Assembly (NCBI GenBank): GCA_963766735.1 | Contig: CAVYBU010000004.1 | Coordinates: 1 to 64,000, forward strand | Source: an uncultured Chloroflexia bacterium | GTDB taxonomy: Bacteria > Chloroflexota > Limnocylindria > Limnocylindrales > CSP1-4 | Length of the DNA: 64,000 nt | Direction: 5' to 3' | In this document: positions 48,758 through 58,784 of the stretch, piece by piece | Position numbering within the stretch: position 1 is the first letter of the stretch | Layout of the letters: the number at the start of each line of letters is the position of its first letter | Notes under the pieces: model-generated | What the model was told of the DNA's origin: nothing | Seen by the model: only the letters and a program-made list of their open reading frames with translations | The model's database searches: none | Translations under genes and position numbers: made by a program

Positions 48758-49119
48758 GTCGGCGTCCCTCGCCACCGCTTCTCTTTCGGAACCGGGTTGA
48801 GCTGCGGCTCCGAAAGGATGCTGTCGAGCTGCTCGGCCGTCAAGCCGTACAGGTTGCAGTGGCATGGCGGCTCATCGGGTTCGTCCGTCGGTCCCAACCA
48901 ACCTCCCGCGGCGCGAACCATCCCGAAAGTGGTCCGCCGGATGCGGTTGTTCCGGACCGAGGCGGCGAGCTCCTCGAATGCGACGCCCGGACGGGAGACG
49001 ACCGAGAAGCCGCCGGATCGCTGAATGGCGTTCCTCATCTCCTCGAGCGTGTTGACGCCACCTCGAACCACAACGGTGGCATCGGGCCAGGTGCCTGGGT
49101 CTGAGACGTCGTACGCCAT
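48754..49119 (-). CDS. Putative toxin (possible ART/Tse2-like R-S-H fold)
   Basis: VVRGG...GFSV.S...EELA...TT.G.VRAAGG...PT...H..L.GLT; 121 aa; TA-island context. Confidence 0.55.
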   Translation of the reverse strand: MAYDVSDPGTWPDATVVVRGGVNTLEEMRNAIQRSGGFSVVSRPGVAFEELAASVRNNRIRRTTFGMVRAAGGWLGPTDEPDEPPCHCNLYGLTAEQLDSILSEPQLNPVPKEKRWRGTPT

Positions 49120-49238
49120 TCGCCGAAGGGCCCTTCCCACTGGAAGCCCGACGAGACTCGCCGGATGGCCCGACCATAGGCCTCCCCACTTCGCTGCGGC
49201 TCAACCACGCGGCTAGCCTGGCGCTGAGTGCCTGCCAT

Positions 49239-49365
49239 CCAGGGCTCATCGAAGGTCTCGTGCTTGCCGATCCGACGCCCGGACGCGAGACCCGTCGATG
49301 CGGATCCACTCGAACGTCGACCGACCATCGGGCCCCGACAGGCTCCAGGTCATCTCCCGGATGCC
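49239..49365 (-). pseudogene. 3' remnant of a RelE-like toxin
   Basis: GIREMTWSLSGPDGRSTFEWIRIDG, then after a frame change RRIGKHETFDEP; begins right after the vapC stop. Confidence 0.6.
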
Positions 49366-49368
49366 GAG

Positions 49369-49746
49369 TCAGGCCGCGACCGTCCTCGTGCCGTAGTGGG
49401 CGAAGACGGGGTCGCGCGTGACGACCGCGGCGTCCAGACGGAGGGCCTGCACGACCAGCATCCGGTCGAAGGGATCCCGGTGGTGCGGGTCCAGGCTCCC
49501 TGCCCGCTCGCCATCGGACGCGAGGATCGGGGCTTCGGTGAAGCCCTCCGAGGCAAGGGCACCCACGAGGTCATCGGGCGCCTGAAGCTTGCCCAGGGCC
49601 CGCTTCACGGAGATCTCCCAGACCGTCGCCGCGCTGACGAGGACCTCGTTGGCGGGATCCGAGATCAGGTCGCGGGCTGACTGGCCGAGAGAAGGGTCGT
49701 CCGCAAGCCACCAGAGCAGCGCGTGGGCGTCAAGAAGGAGCCTCAT
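49369..49746 (-). CDS. vapC: VapC PIN-domain toxin
   Basis: LLLDAHALLWW, VSAATVWEI..K, HHRDPFDRML..QA. Confidence 0.92.
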   Translation of the reverse strand: MRLLLDAHALLWWLADDPSLGQSARDLISDPANEVLVSAATVWEISVKRALGKLQAPDDLVGALASEGFTEAPILASDGERAGSLDPHHRDPFDRMLVVQALRLDAAVVTRDPVFAHYGTRTVAA

Positions 49747-49991
49747 CCCTCGAACGCGTCGAGCAGCCACGGGTCCGTCGTGTCGAAGTCCGGAGCGAGA
49801 CGGACCTGGCCGCGCCACCGACCGGGGCGTCGGGCTTCCGTGCGAGCGTGCAGCGGGACCAGCCGGGCAACCGGGCGACCTGCTCGGGCGATCAGGATCT
49901 CCTCGCCGCTCTCTGCGCGCTCGACCAGGCGCGACAGGTGCGTCTTCGCCTCGTGGATGTTGACGGCATTCGCCACCTTCTTGGGCTCCAT
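49743..49991 (-). CDS. Phd/YefM antitoxin
   Basis: NIHEAKTHLSRLVERA..GEEI.IARAG.PVARLVP; upstream TTAGTCC direct repeat at 49994-50010. Confidence 0.92.
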   Translation of the reverse strand: MEPKKVANAVNIHEAKTHLSRLVERAESGEEILIARAGRPVARLVPLHARTEARRPGRWRGQVRLAPDFDTTDPWLLDAFEG

Positions 49992-50064
49992 GGTTAGTCC
50001 AACTTAGTCCGGTGCGGCCTGGGCGTCAAGGTCACCGTAGCGGTGGTCGCTTCGCTGCGACTCT

Positions 50065-50401
50065 CCGCGATCGACGACAGCCCGCAGGTGCGCGTCGTGA
50101 TCAAGCGCGCCAACGCATCGCTCGCCCGGTTGTACGCGAGCCTGGGGACGATCCAGGCCGAGGCACCGGGGGCGGGCGGTTGACCCGGGCGGCCCGCCCC
50201 GCGGGCGGCGATCGGCCATTCATGGACCGTCGATACGCCGGGCTCACGCGAGCCAACGTGGCGAGAGCCGACCAGACCCTATGGGATCCAATCCCACTGC
50301 TCACCATTGCGGTCCTACCGGGCAGCACTCGCTCGCGAGGCCGGTCGACGATGCGGAAGCCGACCGAGCGCAGGACCCGGGTGACCTCCTCCGGGTATGG
50401 C
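50065..50401. repeat. Diverged direct repeat, copy 2 (3' remnants of the hypothetical gene and of DUF2283)
   Basis: Matches copy 1; about 98 bp of unrelated DNA (50232-50329) replaces a 15-bp segment. Confidence 0.9.
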
Positions 50402-50409
50402 TCCGTAGC

Positions 50410-51321
50410 CTACGAAGCGGCCAAGAACTCCTGGTAGCGCCGTTCGAGGCGCGCCGGGTCTGGGAGTTCCGCGAATCGGCGTGGCAGATAGATGCGCGCC
50501 TCGTGGATCTGCTGCAACCCGACAACGAGCATGGGTCCGTCTCGCTCGGTCAGAATCGATGGCCGAACCTCGATCACGTAGTCCGGGCGGATCGCGAAGA
50601 ACAGCTGATCGAACGCCGCATGATGCAGTTTGCAGAGGGCGACGCCGTTGCTGACCACGGGCTCGCCTTCCGGGTCTCGATCCGGCGTGATGTGGGCGGC
50701 ATCCAGTAGCGATTGGTGCCGAAGCAGGCATAGGGCACAGCGCTCTTGGTAGGCGCGGAGCACCCGTTCTCGAAACACCACCTGGTGGAGCCGCTGCCTA
50801 ACTGTTCGCGTGACGTACGCTCGTCGAGCATCGATGTTGGCGTTCGCGTAGGTATCTGCAGTGGTAGCGGCCTGGAGGACTCCTGAGAGATCATCGAGCT
50901 GGATCGTGAACGTACCTTCCGCGGGGTGATCGTCAACGACGAACGCTGGGTACATCGCAACATATGAACCCGGGCGTACGCAATGGAAGTAGACGAAGGG
51001 GACCTGCTCCACCATCGCTCGACGGAGGCCGCGATTGGCCCAATGATCCGGTCCAGCATCGCGGTACGCGTACCTAAGCCGTCCTGTCCGATCGTCGAAG
51101 GTATCCGAGTAGGGCCCGTTGCAGACGGTTGTCGCACTGATCGGCAGGTCGCAGGCTGCTGGCTTCCAGATCCCCTGGGCGCCTATGAGGGGAATGCTGC
51201 GTCCGTTCAGCGCGAACCCAGCAAGACTCGCCCGCGACAAGGCCTCGCCAAATTCCTGGCGCTGTTCGGTTAACCACTCGAAGACAGCCAGCCGTATGGG
51301 CGCGTCAGCGAAACCGATCAT
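50410..51321 (-). CDS. HNH endonuclease (putative restriction-type)
   Basis: RLHQ..FRERVL.AY...CALC...LLDAAHI...NGVALCKLHHAAFD; visibly lower GC than its neighbours. Confidence 0.88.
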   Translation of the reverse strand: MIGFADAPIRLAVFEWLTEQRQEFGEALSRASLAGFALNGRSIPLIGAQGIWKPAACDLPISATTVCNGPYSDTFDDRTGRLRYAYRDAGPDHWANRGLRRAMVEQVPFVYFHCVRPGSYVAMYPAFVVDDHPAEGTFTIQLDDLSGVLQAATTADTYANANIDARRAYVTRTVRQRLHQVVFRERVLRAYQERCALCLLRHQSLLDAAHITPDRDPEGEPVVSNGVALCKLHHAAFDQLFFAIRPDYVIEVRPSILTERDGPMLVVGLQQIHEARIYLPRRFAELPDPARLERRYQEFLAAS

Positions 51322-51403
51322 GTCGCCAGGATAGACCTGGGGGCAGCCATTCGAATGCCGCCTGCCTCCACGCCTTCGCGAATCAAGCGGTCCTCGTCCC
51401 CCA

Positions 51404-54400
51404 TCACGCCCGCTCCGGGCACATCGCCCGATAGTCACACCACTGGCACGGCCAGCCCGGCGTCGCGGTGAACTCCCCGGCGCGGATCGGACGCACGCGA
51501 GCCAGGATCTCGTCCCGGGCGGCATCCAGCTCCGCGTCATTGCGTGACGCGCTCATCCGGAGCGCCGACTCCGTGAAGTAGAGCGTCACCTTCTCCGGCG
51601 TGCCCAGGTCCAGCGCGTCCCGGCAGGCCAGTGCGTAGATGGCCAGCTGCAGGCTCTCGCTGACGTCCTTCTGGCTGCTGACCTTGCCGGTCTTGTAGTC
51701 GATGACCTCCAGGCCACCGCCGGGAAGCCGGTCGATGCGGTCGATCTCGCCGAACACCCGCACGGGCTCGCTGCCGTCGCCGGGATCCAGGACCAGGGTG
51801 AACTCGAGCTCCTCGTAGAGAGCCTCGCCCACGCCCTCCAGCTCGCCGGTCCAGAAGTTGCCCAGCAGGTTGTCCACCTTGCGCCCGAAGGAGTCCTCGG
51901 TGGCCTTGTCGCCGAACTTGGCAGGCACCCAGCGCTCCCGGAAGAGGCGCTCGAGGTCCTCGCGCGTGGGCGGGGGCTCGCCACGGGCGGCCCGATCGCG
52001 ACGCTCCTTCGTGAACGCCTCGAAGGCCTCGTGCGCGGTGGAGCCGAAGGTGAGCGCTCCGACGGGCCGGTCGGGGGACGGCATGCGGTAGACGTACTTG
52101 AAGGCGTACTTCAGCGGGCACTTCTCGTAGGTCTCGAGGGCGGTGTAGCTGAACGAGGGCGGCAGGGGCGCAACGGCGAGGAGGTTGGCGCCGGCGCCGG
52201 TGTCCAGCGCGATGGACCGGAACGTGAACGGGTCAAGGCCGGCCTCCCGTGCCTCGTCCGCGCTCAGGGCGGCGCTTCGGCCGAGGTCCGCAAGGCGGGC
52301 GGCATAGGCGGCACGGGCCTCGGTGGCCTCCGGGTCGTCCGCGGCGGTGGCCTCCAGGAGGCCGACGAGCTCCGCGGCCCGCAGGCGGATGACGAGGCGA
52401 CGCTCGCGCGCGGTGGGGAGCGGCATGACGCGGCGGGCGGCGGCCAGGGCGGCGGCTTCGCCGCCGATGACATCACCGGCCTCGCCCTCGTCGCCCGCGT
52501 CCCCCTCACCGGCCTCCCCTGCCCCGTCGGCTTCGGCCGCCTCCACGGAGACGCGGTCGATACGGGTGATCTCCGAGCCGGCGTCGGTCATCAGCTCCGC
52601 CACGAACTGGGACGGCGCCTTGGCCCCGGTGCCCCCGTGCGTGGCCAGGATCAGCCGCTCCTGGGCCCGGGTCATTGCCACGTACAGCAGGCGCCGCTCC
52701 TCGTCCGTGTGGATGTCGCCCGCTGGAACCTGCTCACGGAGCAGCTCGCGCGGGAACCAGCCGGAGCCCATCTCGCGGACCGGCCACTCCCCCTCCAGCA
52801 GGTGCGGGACGATGACGATCGGGAACTCCAGCCCCTTGGCCTGGTGGAGGGTCATGAGGCGGACACCGTCCACGTCCTCGGTCAGCTCCACGCTGGTGGG
52901 CAGCTCCCCGCCGGCGGCCTTGTACGCGTCCAGGTAGCCCGTGAAGTCCACGAGGCACCCGTCGGGGTGTGCGGCCTGCCAGTCCGCGGCGAACCGCATG
53001 AAGCCCGCGATGTTGGCGACAGAGCGCTTGGACTCCAGGGTCCCCACCGCCAGCAGGTCCAGGATCTGACCCGTGCGCTCCAGGTAGCGGAGGAGGATGG
53101 TGGACGGGCCGTCCCGGAAGGTGCGGGGGTTGAGCTCGTCGACGGTCTCCAGGAGCGCGCGGAGCTTGGCCCGGGTCTCGGGCGGGGTGGCGTCGTTGTC
53201 CCGCAGGGCCGCCGCGGTCTCCAGCAGGTGGGGCTGGCGGGCGGCGTCCCGGGCCCGGGTGATCTCCAGGATCTCGATGGCACCCAGGCGCCACGGGCCG
53301 GCGGTCATCATGCGCACGAGGGCGGCGTCGTCGTGGGGGTCCGCCACGGCACGCAGGCCCTGCTCCAGGTCCCGGATCTCCGGGGTCTCGAACAGGGAGA
53401 GGCCGCCCACCACGGTGTACGGGATGTCCTCGTCCCGCAGGCGGGCGACGATGGCGTCGCGATGCTTGTGCTTCCGGTACAGGATGGCGATGTCGGTCCA
53501 GCGGGGGCCGCCGGCGCCTGGACCGGCCAACGACTTGATCGCGTCGACGATGGCGACGGCCTCGTCCTCCGCGCCCGCGCACACGAGGAGCTGGACCGGG
53601 ACGCCCGCAGCGCGATCGGTCCGGAGGCGCTTGTCCGGCTCGAAGCGCGTCTCGTTGCACTCGATCAGGCGGTTGGCGACGGTCAGCACGTGGGCGACGG
53701 AGCGGAAGTTCTGGTCGATGCGGAGCCGCAGCGGCGATCCGGGCGGCAAGCCTGACCGGTCGTGCGCGGGCGGGCGCGAGAACCGCACGTCGAACTCCGC
53801 GAATGCGGCGAAGCTGGCACCCCGGAAGCGGTAGATCGACTGGTCGTCGTCCCCCACCACCATCACGTTGTCCGGGACGGTCCGGCGTGCGGCCCAGGAG
53901 CTCGATGAGCTCGATCTGGGCGACGTTGGCGTCCTGGAACTCGTCCACCAGGATGTAGCGGAACTGGCGCTGCCAACGCCTCAGCACGTTCGGGCGCGTC
54001 TTGAACAGGGTGGTGGCGAGCGCAGATCTGCTCCCCGAAGTCCAGGGCACCGCGCCGGCCGAGCTCGTCCTGGTAGGCGTGGTAGACGCGGGCGATCTCG
54101 GTCAGCCGCAGGATCTCCAGGGCGGCGCCATCGCGAACGTAGGTGGCGGCGAGCTGGTCGATGCGGTCCTGATCGTCCTGCCCGAAGTGGCCTCGGCCGT
54201 GGGCGCGACCGTCGGCGGCGATGGACCGGCGGGCCTCGCGGTCGGCGGTCCGCTCGTGCTCATCGGGGCGGTACTTCTTGACCTCCAGGCCCGCCGCCTC
54301 GGCGCGCTCGCTCGCCCGCACGCGGGCGTAGTCGCCGCGGACGTCGCGCACGGGCTTGAGGTGGCCGACAAGCTCAAGGTGCTGCGCCTCGGCCTCGTAA

Positions 54401-55020
54401 TCGCCGTAGCGTCGTTCGTACTCATCGCGCTCGGCGGCCACGAAGGCGTCGAACTCCTCGGGCGTCACCAGCTCGTCCTTCGCCCGGTTGATGAACGTGA
54501 CGAAGTCCCCGAGCGCGCGATCCCCGTGATAGATGAGTCCCAGGGTGGGCCGCAGGTCCCGCAGCAGGAGCAGCTGGCCGACGCCGTCCAGCACGTCCGG
54601 CCGCGCGGGGAGATTGGCGTCCGCGGCGCTCTCGGTGAGGACCCGCTGGCAGAAGCTGTGGAAGTTGCTCACGCTCATGCGAGCCCGGACGGCCGGACCG
54701 ACGGCCGCGTCCAGGCGCTCCTGGAGCTCGCGGGCGGCCTTGACGTTGTAGGTCAGGACCAGGAGCTGCTCGGGAACGAGGGACGCATCGAACGGGTTGT
54801 CGTGCCGCCCGGGCTCCGCCGCCAGCAGCCCGCCGGCCGTCGCCTGCACGTCCCCCTTCGTCTCCAGGAGCCAGCGCACCCGCTCCACGATGACGCGCGT
54901 CTTGCCCGTTCCGGCGCCCGCGATGACCACTATGGGTCCATCGCCCGCCTCGACGATGGCGCGCTGCTCCGGCGTCAGCTCCGCGTGCTCGGGCGCCACC
55001 TCCCCACCCGCCGGCGTCAT
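51404..55020 (-). CDS. AdnB/AddA-like UvrD helicase fused to a PD-(D/E)XK nuclease; frameshifts near 54020 and 53868
   Basis: AGAGTGKT, LVDEFQD, VGDDDQSIYRFRGA, NFRS, TLHQAKGLEF, EERRLLYVAMTRA; CPLKY, GEIDRID, IDYKTG, QLAIY, CQWCDY..MC. Confidence 0.88.
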
Positions 55021-55039
55021 CCCCCGCGCGCCGCCGGGA

Positions 55040-55567
55040 TCACCCGGGCTCGCCCCGAAGGGCTGCCGCCTTGAGGTGCGTGCTGCAGCACCAGCCACCG
55101 TCCACCGGGTGCCGGCCGGGGTTCCTGCACGAGGACCCGTCACGGTTCGGGATGATGCACGGCTCCTCGGCCGGTGGCGTCGCGGCCGAGGACCCGTCTC
55201 CGGCACCCGCCTGCGACGCCTGCGCCGCGGCAGCCGCCCTGCCCGACGCCCCGATCCGGGCCAGCGCCTGCTGCGCGACGTCCGTCCAGTCCGGCACCCG
55301 GCTCGCGATCCGCCGGAGGGCGGCGGCGGCGCCCACGTCGTCCGCCGACTTCCCGACAGCCTCCAGCACCGTGATCGCGAAACCCGGTGATCGCCCCGCC
55401 TCGATCCAGGCATCCATCGCAACGACGGCGTCGGCGCCGTAGGCGGCAACCTGGTCCCGGAATTCGATCCGCGTCTCCGGCGGCGCGCTCGCCGCGGCCT
55501 CGATCAGGCGCTCGAGCGCCGGCTCCGGCTCATGCTTCGGCTTGCGTGTGGTGCCTTTCGACGTCAT
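55040..55567 (-). CDS. Hypothetical helical protein with C-terminal Cys/His zinc-finger-like motif
   Basis: RBS ggac/gg; C-x9-C-x12-CCSTH; 14-19 nt gaps to neighbours. Confidence 0.65.
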   Translation of the reverse strand: MTSKGTTRKPKHEPEPALERLIEAAASAPPETRIEFRDQVAAYGADAVVAMDAWIEAGRSPGFAITVLEAVGKSADDVGAAAALRRIASRVPDWTDVAQQALARIGASGRAAAAAQASQAGAGDGSSAATPPAEEPCIIPNRDGSSCRNPGRHPVDGGWCCSTHLKAAALRGEPG

Positions 55568-55581
55568 GTGTCCGTCCTGTC

Positions 55582-56094
55582 TCAATACCGGTACAGCGAT
55601 GCTATGAACGGTACCCGGTTGTAGATCCAGAGCCCAAGTGGCATCGTCAGGATCAGGACGATGAACAGGAAGCCGATCGTCATGACCGCGGCCGATGCCC
55701 ACCAGCCGACGAACAGGAACCAGATGAAGCGGATCGGCCAGGCGGTCTGGCGGATACCGGTCTCCATCAGCATCAAGCCCCCGGCGGGGTCCGCTGTCCA
55801 GTATGTCGCCTTCGTCCTCGGACGGAGCGTCAAGTATGTCGGCACGTGGTTGACGAGGTAGATGCCGAGCGGCAGCCCGATGATCGTGATCATGGCGAAC
55901 CAGGCGAGGGCGGACACGACGGCGGTCAGCCACCAGCCCACAAAGACGAACCAGAGGGCGCGCACGAGAAGGCCGGGCCCGCGCTGGGTCTCGACCGGCA
56001 TCGGCTGGAGCTGGTTCGGTGGCGGCGGAACCTGGCTCGGCGGCGGGACCTGGTACGGCGGCGGCTGGAGTTGGTTCGGCGGCGGCGGGTTCAT
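55582..56094 (-). CDS. YccF-domain membrane protein with Pro/Gln repeat N-terminus
   Basis: Two internal R.LWF.FVGWW...TI.G.PLG repeats; PPPPNQLQ/PPPxQV repeats. Confidence 0.75.
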   Translation of the reverse strand: MNPPPPNQLQPPPYQVPPPSQVPPPPNQLQPMPVETQRGPGLLVRALWFVFVGWWLTAVVSALAWFAMITIIGLPLGIYLVNHVPTYLTLRPRTKATYWTADPAGGLMLMETGIRQTAWPIRFIWFLFVGWWASAAVMTIGFLFIVLILTMPLGLWIYNRVPFIASLYRY

Positions 56095-57869
56095 GCGTCC
56101 CTCATCATCGACGAGTCCCGTGACAGCTCTCGTGGCACGGCATCGGCGTCCCCCCGCAGCGTTTCGGCCAGCCCCGGCGGCGCGATGACCACCAGGTGCG
56201 CCGTCGCCCGTGTCAGCGCGGTGTAGAGCAGCTGGTCCAGGCGCTCGCCGGACTCGGGCAGCTCGCACAGGATGATCACCGGCCTCTCCAGGCCCTTGAA
56301 CCGGCGGATGGTCTCGAACTGGACGATGCCGGCGTCGGGCGGCGCGTCCGGGATCTCCTCGGCCGGCAGGCCCAGCGAGGTGCCGCCCTCATCGATCGCC
56401 CCGTTCCACAGCTCCACGTTGCCATAGCGGCGCTTCTTCCAGACCTCGCTCCTGGTCGCGGACGCGCCCGACAGCACCGCGATGTGCCACGGGCGGATCT
56501 CCTCCTCCTCGAGCAGGCGGTGGAGCTGCTTGCGCACGGCCTCCACGGTGTCGCGCCCCGGCTCCGCCGCCACGATCACGGGCTTGCGGCCTGCCTCTGT
56601 CACCGCATAGGGCTCCGTGGGGCCGTGATAGAAGCGGGCCGCCAGCTCCGCGACGGGCGCCGGCGAGCGGTAGTCCTCGAACAGCTCCAGGCGGTCCAGG
56701 CCCAGCTCCGCCACGCGATCGTCCCGGTAGAGCGCCTGACCGGGATCGTGGAAGACCCACAGGACACCGTCGGCCGGGTCGTGGAGGAGGAACTCCAGGG
56801 AGGTCAGCCAGGCGGGCTCGAAGTCCTGGCCCTCGTCGATGACGATGGCGTGGAACCGTTCGTCGGGAAGCCTGTCGATCGCCGCGTCCAGCGCGCCCGG
56901 GAGGGTGACGTCCCACCAGTCACGGGGGAGGTCGGCGGGCTTGGCGGGGAGCACGCGCGCCTGTGTCCCCAGCCGCTCACACAGCCGGTGGAACGTGGTC
57001 ACGACCGGGCGCCGGTCGGCAGGCTCGCCGTCCTCGTCGATCTCGCGGCCGACCGCGGTGGCCAGCGGCTGGTTGAAGCAGACGAACAGCGTCCGGAAGC
57101 CTTCGCGCGCGAGGCGGCGCGCCCGCTCCACGGCCACGAGGCTCTTGCCGCTCCCCGCGGGCCCCACGATCTCCAGGCGGCGCTTCGCCCGGTTCTGGTT
57201 GAGCACGATCTTCTGGGCGCGCGAGGCGTCGACCAGGCGGTCGCGGCCCTCCTCGACATCGCGGCGGATGAGGCGGTGGAGCGCAACCGTGGGAGCGAGG
57301 TACTCGTGGACGCGCTCCGCCTGGGCATCGGAGAGGGGCCGGCCGCGGGTTCCGTCGCCGGTCCACCAGTCCCACGCTCGCTCCAGGGCCTTCCGCGCGG
57401 TCGTCGCATCGGTCAGCGCCGCCGCGTCCAGGATGATCTCGGGTGTGGCATCGGGCCCCAGGAGGACGTGGCCCGCAGGGAGGCTGGCGAGGTCCGCATC
57501 GGGGAAGGCGACCGCGTGACCTGCCCTCGGACGGTCGCCACCCGTCACGCCCAACAGCTCCCCGATCGCGCCGACCAGGTCGTGCTTGGCGTCCTCGGCC
57601 TGCTCGAAGGGGCTGCGCGTCAGCGGGTGGCCGCCGATGAACCAGCGGTTGTGGGCGTCCCGGGACGGCTCGCCGGACTTGACCTCGATCACGAGCAGGC
57701 CGTGCTCCGGGTGCACGATGACGAGGTCAGCCTCGCCGTCGTGAGCGGGACCGGTTGGCCGGGTGCGGGCGACGAAGCGCACGTTCGCGTAGCAGCGCGC
57801 CTCCGGGGGCAGGGCGGCACGGATCCGCTCCTCCGCGATCCGTTCGGCGCGATCCCCGAGGTCCCCCAC
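56091..57869 (-). CDS. NERD nuclease + SF1 (UvrD-like) helicase
   Basis: GEADLV..HP..GLLVIEVK, SPFEQA, GPAGSGKS, IDEGQDF, RFKGLE, LYTALTRA. Confidence 0.88.
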   Translation of the reverse strand: MGDLGDRAERIAEERIRAALPPEARCYANVRFVARTRPTGPAHDGEADLVIVHPEHGLLVIEVKSGEPSRDAHNRWFIGGHPLTRSPFEQAEDAKHDLVGAIGELLGVTGGDRPRAGHAVAFPDADLASLPAGHVLLGPDATPEIILDAAALTDATTARKALERAWDWWTGDGTRGRPLSDAQAERVHEYLAPTVALHRLIRRDVEEGRDRLVDASRAQKIVLNQNRAKRRLEIVGPAGSGKSLVAVERARRLAREGFRTLFVCFNQPLATAVGREIDEDGEPADRRPVVTTFHRLCERLGTQARVLPAKPADLPRDWWDVTLPGALDAAIDRLPDERFHAIVIDEGQDFEPAWLTSLEFLLHDPADGVLWVFHDPGQALYRDDRVAELGLDRLELFEDYRSPAPVAELAARFYHGPTEPYAVTEAGRKPVIVAAEPGRDTVEAVRKQLHRLLEEEEIRPWHIAVLSGASATRSEVWKKRRYGNVELWNGAIDEGGTSLGLPAEEIPDAPPDAGIVQFETIRRFKGLERPVIILCELPESGERLDQLLYTALTRATAHLVVIAPPGLAETLRGDADAVPRELSRDSSMMRDA

Positions 57870-57965
57870 GCGTCCGTCCCCTCCGCTGCTGGCCCTGGGG
57901 GCGACCCTAGCAGCGCGCGTCGGGTGCAGTCCAGTCCGTCCGGCCCGTCGCGACGGCGAACGGTG

Positions 57966-58526
57966 TCAGTGGGCGAGACAGGCGTTGATCTGCACCAGCT
58001 CCTCGGTGGCGTCGAACCGGAGCTCGAGCGAGCCGTACGGCTCATCGCTGTACATGTAGACGAACGTGGGCGTGCCGTAGGCGTCCGTGATCAGCCGCGG
58101 GTCCCCGAGCGCGGTCGTGATCTCGTCGATGCCCTCGTGCCAGCGCAACCCTTGGGGCATGGGACCCCCGTACTCGCCAAAGACGCTGGTGCCTGCGTAG
58201 ACCGAGACGACCCGCGCGACGTAGTCGAGCGTCGTGACCGCGCTCCAGTTCGCGCAGATGACCCGGTAGCCGTCGCCGATCGCGAGCGGCACGGTCTCGC
58301 AGCCGGTCCGGTCGACGGTCGATCCCAGGCACGGGATGGGGTTCTCCGTCGTGCCCGCGCCGAACGCGACACCCGGATCGAAACGGATGCCGAGCTGGCC
58401 GAGGATCCCGCCCACGATGAGAACGTCGATGCCCAGGACGATCGCGCCCAGCAGCAGCCATGGTCTTGGCCGTCGTCCACGCGGGGGTTGCGTCAAGAAT
58501 TCAACGACGGTCTTCACGGCGATCAC
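57966..58526 (-). CDS. Hypothetical membrane-anchored protein
   Basis: One TM helix then an extracellular domain with 4 Cys and ALGDP motif; start uncertain. Confidence 0.55.
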   Translation of the reverse strand: MIAVKTVVEFLTQPPRGRRPRPWLLLGAIVLGIDVLIVGGILGQLGIRFDPGVAFGAGTTENPIPCLGSTVDRTGCETVPLAIGDGYRVICANWSAVTTLDYVARVVSVYAGTSVFGEYGGPMPQGLRWHEGIDEITTALGDPRLITDAYGTPTFVYMYSDEPYGSLELRFDATEELVQINACLAH

Positions 58527-58682
58527 CGGCCTCTCGGGCCCTCTACCTACTTCATCACGGTCATCGTGCCCGATCGAGTCGTCATGATCGAGTGCCTTCA
58601 GTTGACAAGGCGCGGGCACAACGATGGACGGAAGGCCGAGACGGGGACTTCCGGATCCTGTCCTTCCTGACCAGTGCCATCG

Positions 58683-58709
58683 GGCAACCGAAACGCACCC
58701 CCCGGCGTC
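58683..58709 (+). promoter_or_regulatory. Possible ECF-sigma promoter (GGCAAC-17-CGTC)
   Basis: AAC/CGT pattern upstream of the SIMPL gene. Confidence 0.35.
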
Positions 58710-58784
58710 TGCACCCCAACAGGACCGGACGATGGGCTCCGCCGGTCCGTCAGGCAGCACCGGAGCCCGGAACGGGACGCCACC

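Noticed and set aside
47038-51400. Integron, prophage or IS explanation for the cassette cluster
   Set aside because: No integrase, transposase, phage structural genes or convincing attC sites were seen.
51404-52200. Cas4-like nuclease with 4 Cys
   Set aside because: It is the C-terminal nuclease domain of the AdnB-like helicase and has no CRISPR context.
56004-56090. Nucleotide repeats ggcggcgg...ctgg
   Set aside because: They encode the Pro/Gln low-complexity N-terminus of the YccF protein.
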